Of a stretch of 64,000 nt of DNA, positions 54,220 through 64,000 are shown one piece after another. The notes under the pieces were generated by a model, which saw only the letters and a program-made list of their open reading frames with translations, did no database searches and was not told where the DNA came from. Both the position numbers and the translations under genes were made by a program. How positions within the stretch are numbered: position 1 is the stretch's first letter; every line of letters starts with the position of its first letter. The DNA comes from a virus, in IMG/VR virus record IMGVR_UViG_3300008952_000005, positions 113,461 to 177,460 of that record; one strand, given 5' to 3'.

Positions 54220-55693
54220 TTTTCTCCAGTTCTATGTTGTGGATTTCATAATCAAAGTCTTCACTATTGTATATATTTATACGCTCTCTAAAGTGTTGTA
54301 AAGTGTAGTTTTCCTTTTCCCCATAGGAAAGGTCATCAGCAATGTCATATAACGTTGCGTGTGATTTGTTATCTTTTAATCTCAATCCTCTTCCAATAGA
54401 TTGTAAATTTCTTATACGAGATTTACTAGGGCTACTAAAAACAATATTGTGTAGATTGCGGATATTAATACCAGTGCTGAACGTCCCATAAGAAGCGACA
54501 ATAATCGCATTATCAGACTTCTCGGTAATTGCTCGGACTTGTTCTCGTTCATCTGCTTCCACTCCTCCGTGGATATAGAATATAGGTCGGTCACCTGCCT
54601 TCTCTTTTATTAGTTCAAATAATAACTTACCGTGCTTTTCTACATACTGAAACAAGCATAAAGTGTTGCCGTGCAAATTAGTGACCAGATTTTTTATGTA
54701 TTTATTTCTTTTTACATTTCTAACTAAAAAATCCATTTCTTCTTGATAGGTTTTATTCTTTAAAAAATCTCTTTGTATTTTGTTATATTGTAAAACTAAA
54801 CAGAAAATTTTGAGTTTGGCTAGTTGTTCTTTGTCTTGAAGTTCAGTTGTTGTAGTAACTTTATTAACAGCACCAAACAGTCCTTCTAATACTAGTTTGT
54901 GTGTCTTACTATCATCTAGGGTACCTGTACAACCTACCTTATATTTACAATTAGTTAACTTCGTTAGTATTTTAGTTAATGATACTGCTTTAAATAGATG
55001 TGCTTCGTCACCAATTATCATACCATAATCGCTAAAATAGTTCTTTGATAGATTGTAAATTGATTGCCAAGTAGATATGACTACTCTTTTAGGTGTTATC
55101 TTACTATGTCCTTCATAGATTCTATGTACATTTTTATTACTATCATAGCCATAGTCTTTAAAATCTTTATATAATTGTTCTACTAATGATGTGGTAGGTA
55201 CTATAATTAATATCTTCTTATTTTTAGGTAGTCTTAATAGATTGAAACGTACTAATAGATATAGAATAAGTGATTTACCACTAGCAGTTGGAGATAGTAA
55301 TAAACATCTATTCTTTCTAACAGCATATGTAAATGCCTTTTTTTGATAATCTCTTACGTCCATAGGAACTTTAAGAGCATTAATAAACTTTTCTACTTTA
55401 CTATCATCAACTTTAGTATCTTCTATCTTTGTTCCATCAACAACTTCTATCTCATTCTCTTTGCACCAGTTAAGTACATAAGGATATAACCCTACGTATA
55501 TTTGACCAGTTGCATATGAAAATAATCTTATCTTACCGTCCCATACCCTATTACGAAATTGTGGCATAAAACGAAAACCAGGTACTTCAAAAGTAAAGTG
55601 TTGACCTAACTCTCTTCTAATAGAATCTTCTGCTTCTATCTTTAAATAGACATCATCCTTCTTGTCTATTACAAGATATCTTACATTTTTCAT
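54203..55693 (-). CDS. uvsW: DNA helicase UvsW
   Basis: RDYQ, SPTASGKS, GDEAH, GCTGT, YGTFSTGINI, QSIGRGLR. Confidence 0.96.
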   Translation of the reverse strand: MKNVRYLVIDKKDDVYLKIEAEDSIRRELGQHFTFEVPGFRFMPQFRNRVWDGKIRLFSYATGQIYVGLYPYVLNWCKENEIEVVDGTKIEDTKVDDSKVEKFINALKVPMDVRDYQKKAFTYAVRKNRCLLLSPTASGKSLILYLLVRFNLLRLPKNKKILIIVPTTSLVEQLYKDFKDYGYDSNKNVHRIYEGHSKITPKRVVISTWQSIYNLSKNYFSDYGMIIGDEAHLFKAVSLTKILTKLTNCKYKVGCTGTLDDSKTHKLVLEGLFGAVNKVTTTTELQDKEQLAKLKIFCLVLQYNKIQRDFLKNKTYQEEMDFLVRNVKRNKYIKNLVTNLHGNTLCLFQYVEKHGKLLFELIKEKAGDRPIFYIHGGVEADEREQVRAITEKSDNAIIVASYGTFSTGINIRNLHNIVFSSPSKSRIRNLQSIGRGLRLKDNKSHATLYDIADDLSYGEKENYTLQHFRERINIYNSEDFDYEIHNIELEKNGSKS

Positions 55694-56388
55694 ATTAACT
55701 GTAAATAGTTATCTTTGTATGGATTTTCTGTTAATAAATCAAATGCAATTGTTATTCTTTCTTTATCTGAATTGTGTATATCTGTATAGTGTGGTACATT
55801 ATCTTGAAATATAGTCATTTTACCTACCTCATTTTTACTACTATATGTCATAGGGTCATTAATTTGATTTATTGGATTGATATAATGGGTAGATGTATCA
55901 TCACATTGTACGCAAATATGACCTCCTAAATAACAGCTTGGTCCTATATTATGTAAATGAGGTTTTATTTGTTCTCCTTTTCTCATTATATTAGCCCAAC
56001 ATTGTATATACAATTCATTAGCAGGTGGTTGATTAAAATATTTTAAAATGTGATTATGAAAACTTATTATGTTTCCTTTTATATGCTGTATATTTTCACC
56101 TTCCCATTTTAAAACATTATACTTATCAAATCTAGTTGTTGTACTATCCTTTTTTAGTCCTGTATAAGCGTCACCTGATGTAGTTGATATAGGCAAACTT
56201 AATAGTTCTTTTTCTTTGCTTAAGATAAGTTTTGCTAACTCTTTAAAATCAATTTCAAATGCTTGAGTTTCAAATATTGTATAATCATACTCGGGAGCAA
56301 AAAAAGTTCTTTTATCTTCACTTTTAAATTTTATTATATTAACTGCACCCATATTAAATGGCTCCTGATGTAAACTTCTTCCAATCAA
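55690..56388 (-). CDS. 2OG-Fe(II) oxygenase
   Basis: WANIMRKGEQIKPHLH, PHYT, RITIAFD; the true start may be MGAVN at 56352. Confidence 0.8.
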   Translation of the reverse strand: MIGRSLHQEPFNMGAVNIIKFKSEDKRTFFAPEYDYTIFETQAFEIDFKELAKLILSKEKELLSLPISTTSGDAYTGLKKDSTTTRFDKYNVLKWEGENIQHIKGNIISFHNHILKYFNQPPANELYIQCWANIMRKGEQIKPHLHNIGPSCYLGGHICVQCDDTSTHYINPINQINDPMTYSSKNEVGKMTIFQDNVPHYTDIHNSDKERITIAFDLLTENPYKDNYLQLI

Positions 56389-56782
56389 TTGCGTTCTTAA
56401 TAGTAAATGTTCTGTTTGAAATTTGTCTAATACTTCTATCTAAAAAATCTACTACTGTAGTAAGGTAATCAACCTTTTGTTTTGCTTTAATAACTTCTTC
56501 ATCTGAATCAATATACTTATCAACATCTTGTCTTAATATTTTTAAGTTAAAAGGTTTTTCAATATAGACGCTAGAGTCTGCTTTACCTGTATAGTATTCC
56601 CATTTTATTCTTTTAACTATATGTAATTCACTTTCGGCCCTACTTAACATTAACTTAAACTTGCTTAAGTGTTTCATATATTTGTTATGTATTTGGGGTG
56701 TTTTGATTGATTCTAAATCAAGTTCACTATCGTTAATCTTTAAATCTTTGTCTGCTAATTCTTGCAATTCTTCTAATGTCAT
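56354..56782 (-). CDS. uvsY: Recombination mediator UvsY
   Basis: DLKINDSELD.ES..TPQIHNKY...WEYYTGK...R.FTIKNAIDW.KF..G; late promoter at 56798-56805. Confidence 0.93.
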   Translation of the reverse strand: MTLEELQELADKDLKINDSELDLESIKTPQIHNKYMKHLSKFKLMLSRAESELHIVKRIKWEYYTGKADSSVYIEKPFNLKILRQDVDKYIDSDEEVIKAKQKVDYLTTVVDFLDRSIRQISNRTFTIKNAIDWKKFTSGAI

Positions 56783-56840
56783 AATCTCCTTATATACTAT
56801 TTATATACTATATCATACTATAATAAAAAAGTAAAGTTTG

Positions 56841-57458
56841 TTACGAAACCGTTACCGAAGTTTGTCCACTTCCTACTGCAAATTCATATATTTTGTATTG
56901 GAAATTGACTGTTGCTATTAAATAGTTGACATCTGTTTGTTGTTGGTTGTAATTCAATCCAGATAATGCTGTAGGAAAGACATCACTAAATCTTACTTGA
57001 ATATTTGTTGTATTTTTACTTGTTAATATACTTAATGTTGCGTCTGAATATACAGCACCAGTATCTCCAGCGGCAACTCTAGAGTCAAATGCTTTTGTAT
57101 CACCAGTAGAGGTTGGAAATCTATCTTTTCCTGCACCTATTAAATCTCTAAAATCTTTATGGTCTTTAGGAAATCCTAAACCAGTTAACCAACCGTGTAT
57201 TTCTCTATAGTTTTCTAAATTTTCATCAACCATAAAGTCCATATTAAGAGGACTATATGATAGTTTATCTCCAGGTAAAGGTACATCTTTTAATGGTGTT
57301 GGTTGTGCCATCATACCTTCTAATGATATGCCTGGTAAGTTTACTGCTGTACAAAAGAATTCTACTTTAGGAAGTTTTGTAATAGTAAATTTAAACTGCG
57401 TTGGAGCAGCATAATCAAATTTAGTTGGTTGTCTTTTGTATGATTGTTTTATTGTCAT
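56841..57458 (-). CDS. gp3: Tail completion/tube terminator protein
   Basis: FKF...KLPKVEFFC...NLPG, FMVDENLENY.EIH.W, F.DVFP..LS; late promoter at 57464-57471. Confidence 0.85.
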   Translation of the reverse strand: MTIKQSYKRQPTKFDYAAPTQFKFTITKLPKVEFFCTAVNLPGISLEGMMAQPTPLKDVPLPGDKLSYSPLNMDFMVDENLENYREIHGWLTGLGFPKDHKDFRDLIGAGKDRFPTSTGDTKAFDSRVAAGDTGAVYSDATLSILTSKNTTNIQVRFSDVFPTALSGLNYNQQQTDVNYLIATVNFQYKIYEFAVGSGQTSVTVS

Positions 57459-57485
57459 ACTATTATTTATATGCGAAATTTAAGC

Positions 57486-57516
57486 CAAAAAAAAGGGGAG
57501 TAAAAACTCCCCCTTA
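57486..57516 (-). terminator. Rho-independent terminator after gp23
   Basis: AGGGGGAGT-TTTT-ACTCCCCTT followed by a T-run. Confidence 0.9.
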
Positions 57517-57551
57517 ATTCTGTTTGAAAAATGTTTTTCAAACCAATGATA

Positions 57552-58892
57552 TTACATCAAGTTCGCAACTTGAACTTTTTGGTAGTATCTATTAGCATTA
57601 GCACTTCCAGCGTCATTTACTGCTGTAGCAGCACCTGATTGAGCACCAGTTTCAGCGAATGGATTAGCGATTAAGCCATATCTAGTCTTGAATCCGATTT
57701 TCGGTTGGAAAGTGTCTTGACCAACAGCTCTAACCATTTGTAGAGGTACATATGGGCAATAAAATATCCCTGCGTCATATGGTGATGTACCTTTGTATCC
57801 AACAACATAATACTGTTTAGCAGTACTGTTTGCTGAATATGGATCAATGTACACTTTAAATCTACCGTTAAGAACACCTGCAAAAGTATTACCTGTGTCA
57901 TCAACGTTTAGGTTGTTGTTAAGAGCTGGTGTGTAATCTAATACTCCAGCCATTTGAAGAGCAGAAGCAACGTCTGAAGAGCAGATAATTATATTACCTT
58001 TTCCTCTACGAGTTCTTTGCGCTATTCTATTAGCATCTCTTTCAAGTTGGAACATAAGACCTTTGAATCTCTCAACTGACCATCTGCCATTTGAGTCTGT
58101 ATCTAGGTCAAAAATTCCTGCTGTAGTTACGTTACCAGTTTGAGCACCTTTTTCTGAATTGATGTAGATAGTTCTTACAACTTCTCTATTAATTTCAGCA
58201 AGTATTTCTGCTGATAAGATGTTTGCAAGTTCTGTTTCTGCGTCTAAACCGTGGATTGCTTTTAAATCTTGAGCAAGTTCCATAGTGTATTCAGCCTTTA
58301 GAGCTCTTGATTTAGCAGTTACAGTAGATTTCTCTATTGAGAAAGCCATTTCTGCAAATGCATTACCGCTAGCGTCGCCTAATGCTTCAGCTTTCGCTGT
58401 AGTCATAGCTGTTCCAGCAGTATATGTTCCAGGTGAACCGTCATTTAAGACAGCTGGGTTTGCACCCGAGTGGTCAGTCGCTGAGTAGCCATCAACAGAA
58501 GATCCAGCAGCATTTCTGCCTGAAAAGTCTGTGTCTGCTTCGTCAAAGAATGATTCTCCGCCTGTTTGTGAAGTATATCTACTTCTCATTGCGAAAATTA
58601 GTCCTGTCGGACCAGTCATTGGTTGAACACCTGCGATATCGTATGCAATTAAATTCGGCATTGCTCTACGTACTAATGAAATTAGAATTGGATCCCAATT
58701 CGCTACAGCACTACCTGTTGCGTTTGTTGGAGCCGCTTCTGCCAAGTAAGCGTTATCTTCTTTAGAAGCACGTTCTTGGTTTTCTAATATCACGGATGTA
58801 ACGGCACGTCTATAAGCATCAGTAATTTTTGGTAAATCAGGATGCTCTAGTACTGGCTGCCATTTTTTTTCGTGTGTTTCAGATAAGTACAT
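57552..58892 (-). CDS. gp23: Major capsid protein
   Basis: DPILISLVRRAMPNLIAYD.AGVQPMTGPTGLIFAMR, ALKAEYT.ELAQDLKAIHGLDAE.EL, FQPKIGFKTRYG. Confidence 0.99.
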   Translation of the reverse strand: MYLSETHEKKWQPVLEHPDLPKITDAYRRAVTSVILENQERASKEDNAYLAEAAPTNATGSAVANWDPILISLVRRAMPNLIAYDIAGVQPMTGPTGLIFAMRSRYTSQTGGESFFDEADTDFSGRNAAGSSVDGYSATDHSGANPAVLNDGSPGTYTAGTAMTTAKAEALGDASGNAFAEMAFSIEKSTVTAKSRALKAEYTMELAQDLKAIHGLDAETELANILSAEILAEINREVVRTIYINSEKGAQTGNVTTAGIFDLDTDSNGRWSVERFKGLMFQLERDANRIAQRTRRGKGNIIICSSDVASALQMAGVLDYTPALNNNLNVDDTGNTFAGVLNGRFKVYIDPYSANSTAKQYYVVGYKGTSPYDAGIFYCPYVPLQMVRAVGQDTFQPKIGFKTRYGLIANPFAETGAQSGAATAVNDAGSANANRYYQKVQVANLM

Positions 58893-58914
58893 ATGTGTTT
58901 ATCTCCCTTTATAT

Positions 58915-60132
58915 TTACTTAATAGACAGTTTAATGTCTTTAGTTTTGCTTATAGCGGCGCTGTAAGCAGCCATAGAATTTGATAAATCAGGATTAACTG
59001 ATCCATCTGCCGCCACATCATCTAGATTCTCTTTCGCTTCATTGTTTTTCTTTCCAAAATAAGATTCTTTAACAGTTTCTAATTTCTTCTGATAGTCTTT
59101 TGCGTTAGAGTATTCAATACTTTCTGCAAGTTTAGCAAACTTTTCTTTTGCTGTGTCAGCAAGGTCTTCAGAAACTTTAGATTTGATTTCATCTCTAACT
59201 TTAGTTCCAACTTCCTTGTTTAACTCAACATTTTTTTGAATTTGCTCATTGAGGTCTTTTTCCAGTTTTTCAATTTTACCTGCTTGGTCTTCAAGCACAT
59301 TATATTTTTCATCTGGTACATCAATGTAATGGTCTTCAAATAATTTTTTCAAACCATTGATAAAGTCTTCAGCAATTTCTCCTTTGATACCTCGTTCAAG
59401 AGCGATTTCGTTTTCTTTCATCCACTCTTCAACAACATATGCTAAGTAAGAATCAACTTTTTCAGTTAATTCAGATTTTGCTTTAGCACTTTCTTGCTCA
59501 AATTTCTTGTTATAATCTGTTTCCAATTCTTCAGTAATTTCTTTTACTTTAGATTTGATAGCCGCTTCAAAAATAGTAGCAGCTTTAGCCTTAAACTCTT
59601 CGGTTAAGTCTTTTTCTCCAGCGATAAGAGCGTCAACGTGTTCTTTTACGTCAATCTCTTTTTTCTTTTCTTTGTCTTCGTCTTCAGTTCTTACTTCAGC
59701 GTCATCTTTTTTCTTATCGTCTTTCTTTTCGTCAGACTCTTTGACATCTTTTTTATCTTTTTTAGCGTCAATAGCTTTTTGAAGTGCTGGTGGTAAGTCG
59801 CCTTCCTTAATTTCTTTACCGTCTTTGTCTTTAGTTTCTTTATTCTCCAATTTAGTGTTGTGTCCACTCAATTTAGGCATTGCGTCAGCAGCGCCTTGAT
59901 GTTTTTGTGGAGCTTGTCCAGAAACTTTTTTCATCTTTTTAGTTGCGTCAGGATTGCTGTCTGTAGGTTTAACTACTGCCTTACCTAAATCTTCATATTC
60001 ACTCATTTTTGCAATATGAGAAGGTTCAGCCGCCACAGCATTCTTTTTAGGAGCATCCGCTTGAGGATTAGGTGAATTCGCCTCTTCCACTGCTTTTGCT
60101 TCTAACGCTTCTATTTTGTCTGTTTCAGCCAT
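58915..60132 (-). CDS. gp22: Prohead core scaffold protein
   Basis: LTEEFKAKAATIFEAA, KVDSYL.YVVEEWM.EN, F...YIDVP; late promoter at 60191-60198. Confidence 0.92.
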   Translation of the reverse strand: MAETDKIEALEAKAVEEANSPNPQADAPKKNAVAAEPSHIAKMSEYEDLGKAVVKPTDSNPDATKKMKKVSGQAPQKHQGAADAMPKLSGHNTKLENKETKDKDGKEIKEGDLPPALQKAIDAKKDKKDVKESDEKKDDKKKDDAEVRTEDEDKEKKKEIDVKEHVDALIAGEKDLTEEFKAKAATIFEAAIKSKVKEITEELETDYNKKFEQESAKAKSELTEKVDSYLAYVVEEWMKENEIALERGIKGEIAEDFINGLKKLFEDHYIDVPDEKYNVLEDQAGKIEKLEKDLNEQIQKNVELNKEVGTKVRDEIKSKVSEDLADTAKEKFAKLAESIEYSNAKDYQKKLETVKESYFGKKNNEAKENLDDVAADGSVNPDLSNSMAAYSAAISKTKDIKLSIK

Positions 60133-60201
60133 TTGAAAACTCTCCTTAATTAATTTAAACGTTTAAATTAGTTCTCTCTTTGTTAATAGATATTTATAAG
60201 A

Positions 60202-60849
60202 TTATAGATTTTCAATGAATTTTTTGAATACATCTGCCTTTGCTTCTGCTAAACGTAGTCTTTTTGCTTCATTTATGTACTGTTTCCACTCTTCAATATC
60301 TCTCTCTTTGATAACACCATTGTCCCATACCCACTCTTTGTTTTCCATAATGCCTTCTACGAAAGCGTCTGGAGCACTCGGGTCTGCAACAATATCAGCG
60401 GCAGTTGCTAAGTAAAAATCTCTTCCTACTTCGTTAACTCCACCTCGTCCACGCACTAGTGATCCCATACCTCTTGAAGATACTCCTAATTGAGCACCTT
60501 CCTGAATAAGATTTTTAACAATCTTACCATATGGTGTGTCCATCACTTTTGCTTCACCAACAAAATTATGTCCATCAGGATGTAAGTCTGTTATCATATG
60601 ACTTACTCTTTCAAGATTTACAACTGGTCCATCAGGATGTCCTAACTCGCCAAATGCACGTCTTTTATTGATAAATTCTCTATTGTATCTTGAAACTTCT
60701 TTTTGCAATATCTCTTTAGGATAGACTCTGCCATTCCTATTTTTGATATCTGCTTGTAAAAAGATACCTTTAATTTTAAATTGTTTTTTGCCGCCAACTT
60801 CTTCTACAATAAACTTTGAATCGGCTGCTTCTTCGGTAATTAGTTTCAT
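60202..60849 (-). CDS. gp21: Prohead protease
   Basis: GIFLQA...NRNGRVYP, GELGHP, VSHMI, GVSSRGMGS, ADPSAPDAFV; late promoter at 60865-60872. Confidence 0.96.
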   Translation of the reverse strand: MKLITEEAADSKFIVEEVGGKKQFKIKGIFLQADIKNRNGRVYPKEILQKEVSRYNREFINKRRAFGELGHPDGPVVNLERVSHMITDLHPDGHNFVGEAKVMDTPYGKIVKNLIQEGAQLGVSSRGMGSLVRGRGGVNEVGRDFYLATAADIVADPSAPDAFVEGIMENKEWVWDNGVIKERDIEEWKQYINEAKRLRLAEAKADVFKKFIENL

Positions 60850-60879
60850 AGTTCTCTCTCTTACTATTTATAATATTTT

Positions 60880-61272
60880 TTATCTAAATTCAACGATTAT
60901 TGAGTAGTTATCGCCATTAGCAAAGTTCTTTGTGCTTAACAATACATCACCTGTAGGTGTAGTAGCATTGTTTGGAAATGAGTTTCCATCAGTTCTTAAA
61001 TCTATTGTTCCTTGTCCTGATAAAAATAAAGCAGTAGCATTTGCAACACCGTCCCATATTAATTCTACTCCTGATTTATTATCAGACGTATTGATAGAAT
61101 AATACACTCTTGCTATACGTCTTTCACCATCTTCTGACATAAAAACTGTTTCAGAAGCGTCTATTTTTAGTACGTTATTTTCACCAGAACCATCTGATAA
61201 GTTAGTCATCTTAATTACGTACTTAACTCCAGATGTATCTGCTATTGTTTGTGTTGTAACTGTATCTGCCAT
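60880..61272 (-). CDS. Conserved hypothetical virion protein
   Basis: Position in the head cluster; beta-rich. Confidence 0.6.
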   Translation of the reverse strand: MADTVTTQTIADTSGVKYVIKMTNLSDGSGENNVLKIDASETVFMSEDGERRIARVYYSINTSDNKSGVELIWDGVANATALFLSGQGTIDLRTDGNSFPNNATTPTGDVLLSTKNFANGDNYSIIVEFR

Positions 61273-61273
61273 A

Positions 61274-61510
61274 TTAGAATCCTACGTGTGTAGCATCAAA
61301 AAAATCTTTTGATAATTCGCCACGTTCTACTGTTGTTCCTTTTTTTCTACATCTAGCATAAATCTTATTTACTTGTCCTGTTCCAGGAGTTGTATAAGTT
61401 CTTATACCACCTGAATAAGTTCCAGGTGCGTCTGCATACGTATTGGATGCTGTGGCACTATTTTCATATTGCCAAATACTATTTGATCCTGGTACATCTA
61501 CCCACGCCAT
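61274..61510 (-). CDS. Hypothetical virion protein
   Basis: Contiguous ORF in the head cluster. Confidence 0.55.
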   Translation of the reverse strand: MAWVDVPGSNSIWQYENSATASNTYADAPGTYSGGIRTYTTPGTGQVNKIYARCRKKGTTVERGELSKDFFDATHVGF

Positions 61511-61511
61511 A

Positions 61512-61766
61512 TTACTCTCCTAATTGTTCTTCTACTTCTTTGTCAAAATATTGATATAGTTCTTCTTTATTTATTTTTCTTGCTTCAGCAACTCTCTCTA
61601 CTGAATTTTCAAATTTACTTATAATATCTCCAGACGTTCTTTCAATTAGATTGAAAGTATCTTGTACTGCTAACTTTAGTTTAGGAGATAAATCTCCATA
61701 ACTTTTAGAGTCAAGATACTTACTATCTTCAACTATCTTACTTGTAAAAAGTAAACTCGTATCCAT
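61512..61766 (-). CDS. Prohead core protein (gp68-like by position)
   Basis: Position between portal and protease. Confidence 0.5.
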   Translation of the reverse strand: MDTSLLFTSKIVEDSKYLDSKSYGDLSPKLKLAVQDTFNLIERTSGDIISKFENSVERVAEARKINKEELYQYFDKEVEEQLGE

Positions 61767-61768
61767 TT

Positions 61769-62152
61769 CTATACACCTGCGTCTGGCGCTGGTGTTCCTA
61801 CACCTGCGTCTGGTGGTGTTTCGTGTCCTGGTGCCATAGTTGGCGCTTCAGGTTTACTTGCTTCTGGACTCGGTTCTTTAGTCGGTTCAAAAGCTATTTC
61901 TTTTCCATCTGGATCCATAATCTTATCAGTTCTCGGACTTGCTGACGTTACCGCAGGTTTAGGGTCACTAAATTTTTCAGGTTCTATACCTTTAAAAATT
62001 TTGCCAGCAACATCTACTCTTTGTCTATCAAGAGCACTTGCTACTTTATCTCTTAAAGCATCCTTAAATGCTTCTCCTGCGTCTGCGTTTTTACCCGCTT
62101 GTAATTTGTCAATAAACTCCGCTGTCTTACTTGGAATGCTAGCGTCTGCCAT
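61769..62152 (-). CDS. Prohead core protein (gp67-like)
   Basis: Directly after the portal; A..AF..AL..KV..ALD motif, Pro/Glu-rich tail. Confidence 0.6.
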   Translation of the reverse strand: MADASIPSKTAEFIDKLQAGKNADAGEAFKDALRDKVASALDRQRVDVAGKIFKGIEPEKFSDPKPAVTSASPRTDKIMDPDGKEIAFEPTKEPSPEASKPEAPTMAPGHETPPDAGVGTPAPDAGV

Positions 62153-63681
62153 TACATATCTCCTTCTATACTATCTTTGTTTGCTGTATATTGTTGCATA
62201 GGGTCTGCAAGTATACCATCTTTAACTTCTCTTTTAATTTGACTGTTTATATCTTCAATATCCCTATCGTTTTGTCGTAAAATTTTCTTACGAACATACT
62301 CTACTGAATAATACTTACCTACATAATCTCTTACTGAATCGGCAAGTCTTAATCTTTCTAATAACATTTCAGAATCTTTTAGTTCAGCAAAATGTCCATC
62401 TTGCAAAAAGTCATATTGGATTACATCCCTTATAACTAACCAATCTTCATCCGTAATAACGGCTTTTAAAACTAATTGAGTTCTTAATATATCGTTAAAT
62501 ATTTCAGTAAATTTCTTTCTTAATCTTTGTACAAATTTCGTAAATTTAAGTTCATCTCTAGTAATTTCAGTTGAACGTCCTAGATTAAATCCAGTTGACG
62601 CTTCTAATCTACTAGCAGGAACATTTAAAGAACGATATAATTTACTTCTAAAGTATTCTATATCTCCCATTTCACCAAGATTTTGTCCACCTTGTAAAGT
62701 AGTAATATCAGTTCCTCTTCCACCTTCTCTACTTGGTAACCAAAAATCTTCAAGCATTGACATATAATTTCTGTCATCACGTATCTCACCTGTACTTGCG
62801 TCATAGACAAGTTTGTTTCTATATCTTGCCATAACATCACGTAAGTATTGTTCTGCTTTTACTTTAGGTAAATTACCAACATCAATTTTAAATATACGTC
62901 TTTCTGGTGCTCTTGCAATTCTGTATATAACACTTGCGTCCTCAATCATACGTAATTGATTAACAGGTTTAATTGCTTTATGTAAATATGATAAGACCAT
63001 ATTTTTGTTTTGGTCTATCAGTCCACTTGGACAAAATGCTATTGCGTCAACAGCAATTTTAATTCCACCAGATGTAGTATTTGTAACACCTTTTTCATTA
63101 AACAAAAAGTATTCTTTAACTTCATCAATAACATTTAAACCATATGGAGTAGGTCCATCTGGTCTTTTCTTTCTTACTTCTCTAATCTTTTTAATTTTTC
63201 TAGGGTCTATGTATCTTAATTCTGTAATACCTTTTCTTGTAGATTCTCTATCAATTACTTTATGATAATATAATCTACCATCCACATACCATCTTCTAAA
63301 GATATCGTGACCTCTAGTATGGAAGTTCATTAATCTTAAAACTTCCTTAAATTCGTCTTCTATTTTTCTTCTGACATCTTTACCGAATGGTAAAGCTTCT
63401 AGGTTTAATCGTATTGCGTCTTTGAGTTCATTAGCAACAATTGACTCGTTGATAATATCCTCAATTGCCATATCACACTCGGGATGTAATGCTATTTCTC
63501 TATAACGTCTGATAAGGTCTTGTTCCGTTTTGGACTGACCTTCCATATCCAAGTATTGACCATAATACCCACCAGCGGCGATGGTTTGTGTTCCATCATC
63601 CGCTTGTGGTTGTGTAAATGCTTGTTTTGGATCTTGAGGTTTTTTAACCCTTGTTATAGAAAATCCAAATAGTTCAGCCAT
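62152..63681 (-). CDS. gp20: Portal protein
   Basis: MAELFGFSI, WYVDGRLY, LRYIDPRKI, KPVNQLRMIEDA.VIYR.ARAPERRIF, EDFWLP.REGGRGT; late promoter at 63709-63716. Confidence 0.98.
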   Translation of the reverse strand: MAELFGFSITRVKKPQDPKQAFTQPQADDGTQTIAAGGYYGQYLDMEGQSKTEQDLIRRYREIALHPECDMAIEDIINESIVANELKDAIRLNLEALPFGKDVRRKIEDEFKEVLRLMNFHTRGHDIFRRWYVDGRLYYHKVIDRESTRKGITELRYIDPRKIKKIREVRKKRPDGPTPYGLNVIDEVKEYFLFNEKGVTNTTSGGIKIAVDAIAFCPSGLIDQNKNMVLSYLHKAIKPVNQLRMIEDASVIYRIARAPERRIFKIDVGNLPKVKAEQYLRDVMARYRNKLVYDASTGEIRDDRNYMSMLEDFWLPSREGGRGTDITTLQGGQNLGEMGDIEYFRSKLYRSLNVPASRLEASTGFNLGRSTEITRDELKFTKFVQRLRKKFTEIFNDILRTQLVLKAVITDEDWLVIRDVIQYDFLQDGHFAELKDSEMLLERLRLADSVRDYVGKYYSVEYVRKKILRQNDRDIEDINSQIKREVKDGILADPMQQYTANKDSIEGDM

Positions 63682-63724
63682 AATTTATCTCCTTAAAACT
63701 TTCAATACTATTTATAATGAAAGA

Positions 63725-64000
63725 TTAAGTAGTTGTGTTACTTTCAAAGTATTGGAACGCTAAAGCAATAGTTGTTTCTGATACCGTTGTTTTTGCTTCA
63801 TAATCTAAAGGGATAGCATTGATACTTATTGGAAATACACCTCTTAAAGTATATTTCTTAATAGGGTTACCATTTCTATCCAATTGGTCAACAAATGCGT
63901 CAACTTGGTAGTCAACTGGATTTGTTAATCCTTCGTTATCAGTCATATTATTAATACCGTTCATCCATCTTTCAAATGCATTACGCAATTTGAAATTAGT
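63725..64000 (-). CDS. gp19: Tail tube protein (C-terminal part)
   Basis: F.LRNAFERWMNGIN...DYQVDAFVDQLDRNG...K.Y...GVFP. Confidence 0.9.
   Translation of the reverse strand, partial: TNFKLRNAFERWMNGINNMTDNEGLTNPVDYQVDAFVDQLDRNGNPIKKYTLRGVFPISINAIPLDYEAKTTVSETTIALAFQYFESNTTT

Noticed and set aside
1-64000. CRISPR array, integrase or transposase
   Set aside because: No regularly spaced repeats and no recombinase or transposase motifs were seen

Overview
This window is a 64 kb segment of an AT-rich T4-like (myovirus) phage genome, almost entirely encoded on the minus strand. It is most consistent with a marine HTVC008M-like phage infecting SAR11 or a similar streamlined host. This is inferred from gene content (bS21, Hsp20, peptide deformylase, alphaproteobacterial-type 2Fe-2S ferredoxin, csgF/csgG). 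In transcription order (right to left) it carries: (1) head/tail genes gp19 (partial), gp20, gp67/68-like, gp21, gp22, gp23, gp3; (2) uvsY, uvsW, gp55, gp47, gp46; (3) auxiliary genes (2OG-Fe(II) oxygenases, flavin halogenase, def, DNA methyltransferases, VWA/CobS pair, rpsU, hsp20); (4) gp45, gp44, gp62, regA, a RimK-protease fusion, a cold-shock protein, NfuA, ferredoxin, gp43, uvsX and gp41; (5) a late block of probable head-internal proteins and a putative lysis module; (6) a late-promoter-driven curli-like secretion operon (CsgF, CsgG, curlin-like solenoid, thioredoxin, FecR-domain protein) transcribed divergently from a CHASE2 adenylate cyclase; (7) the start of the primase gp61. The most notable items are the curli/FecR/cyclase trans-envelope system, capsid-targeting-like N-termini on enzymes (including a kinase-nucleotidyltransferase-cytidylyltransferase polyprotein), a structured ncRNA with a pseudoknot after rpsU, and a ROSE-like thermometer before hsp20. 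All calls come from motif recognition by eye; no searches were run.
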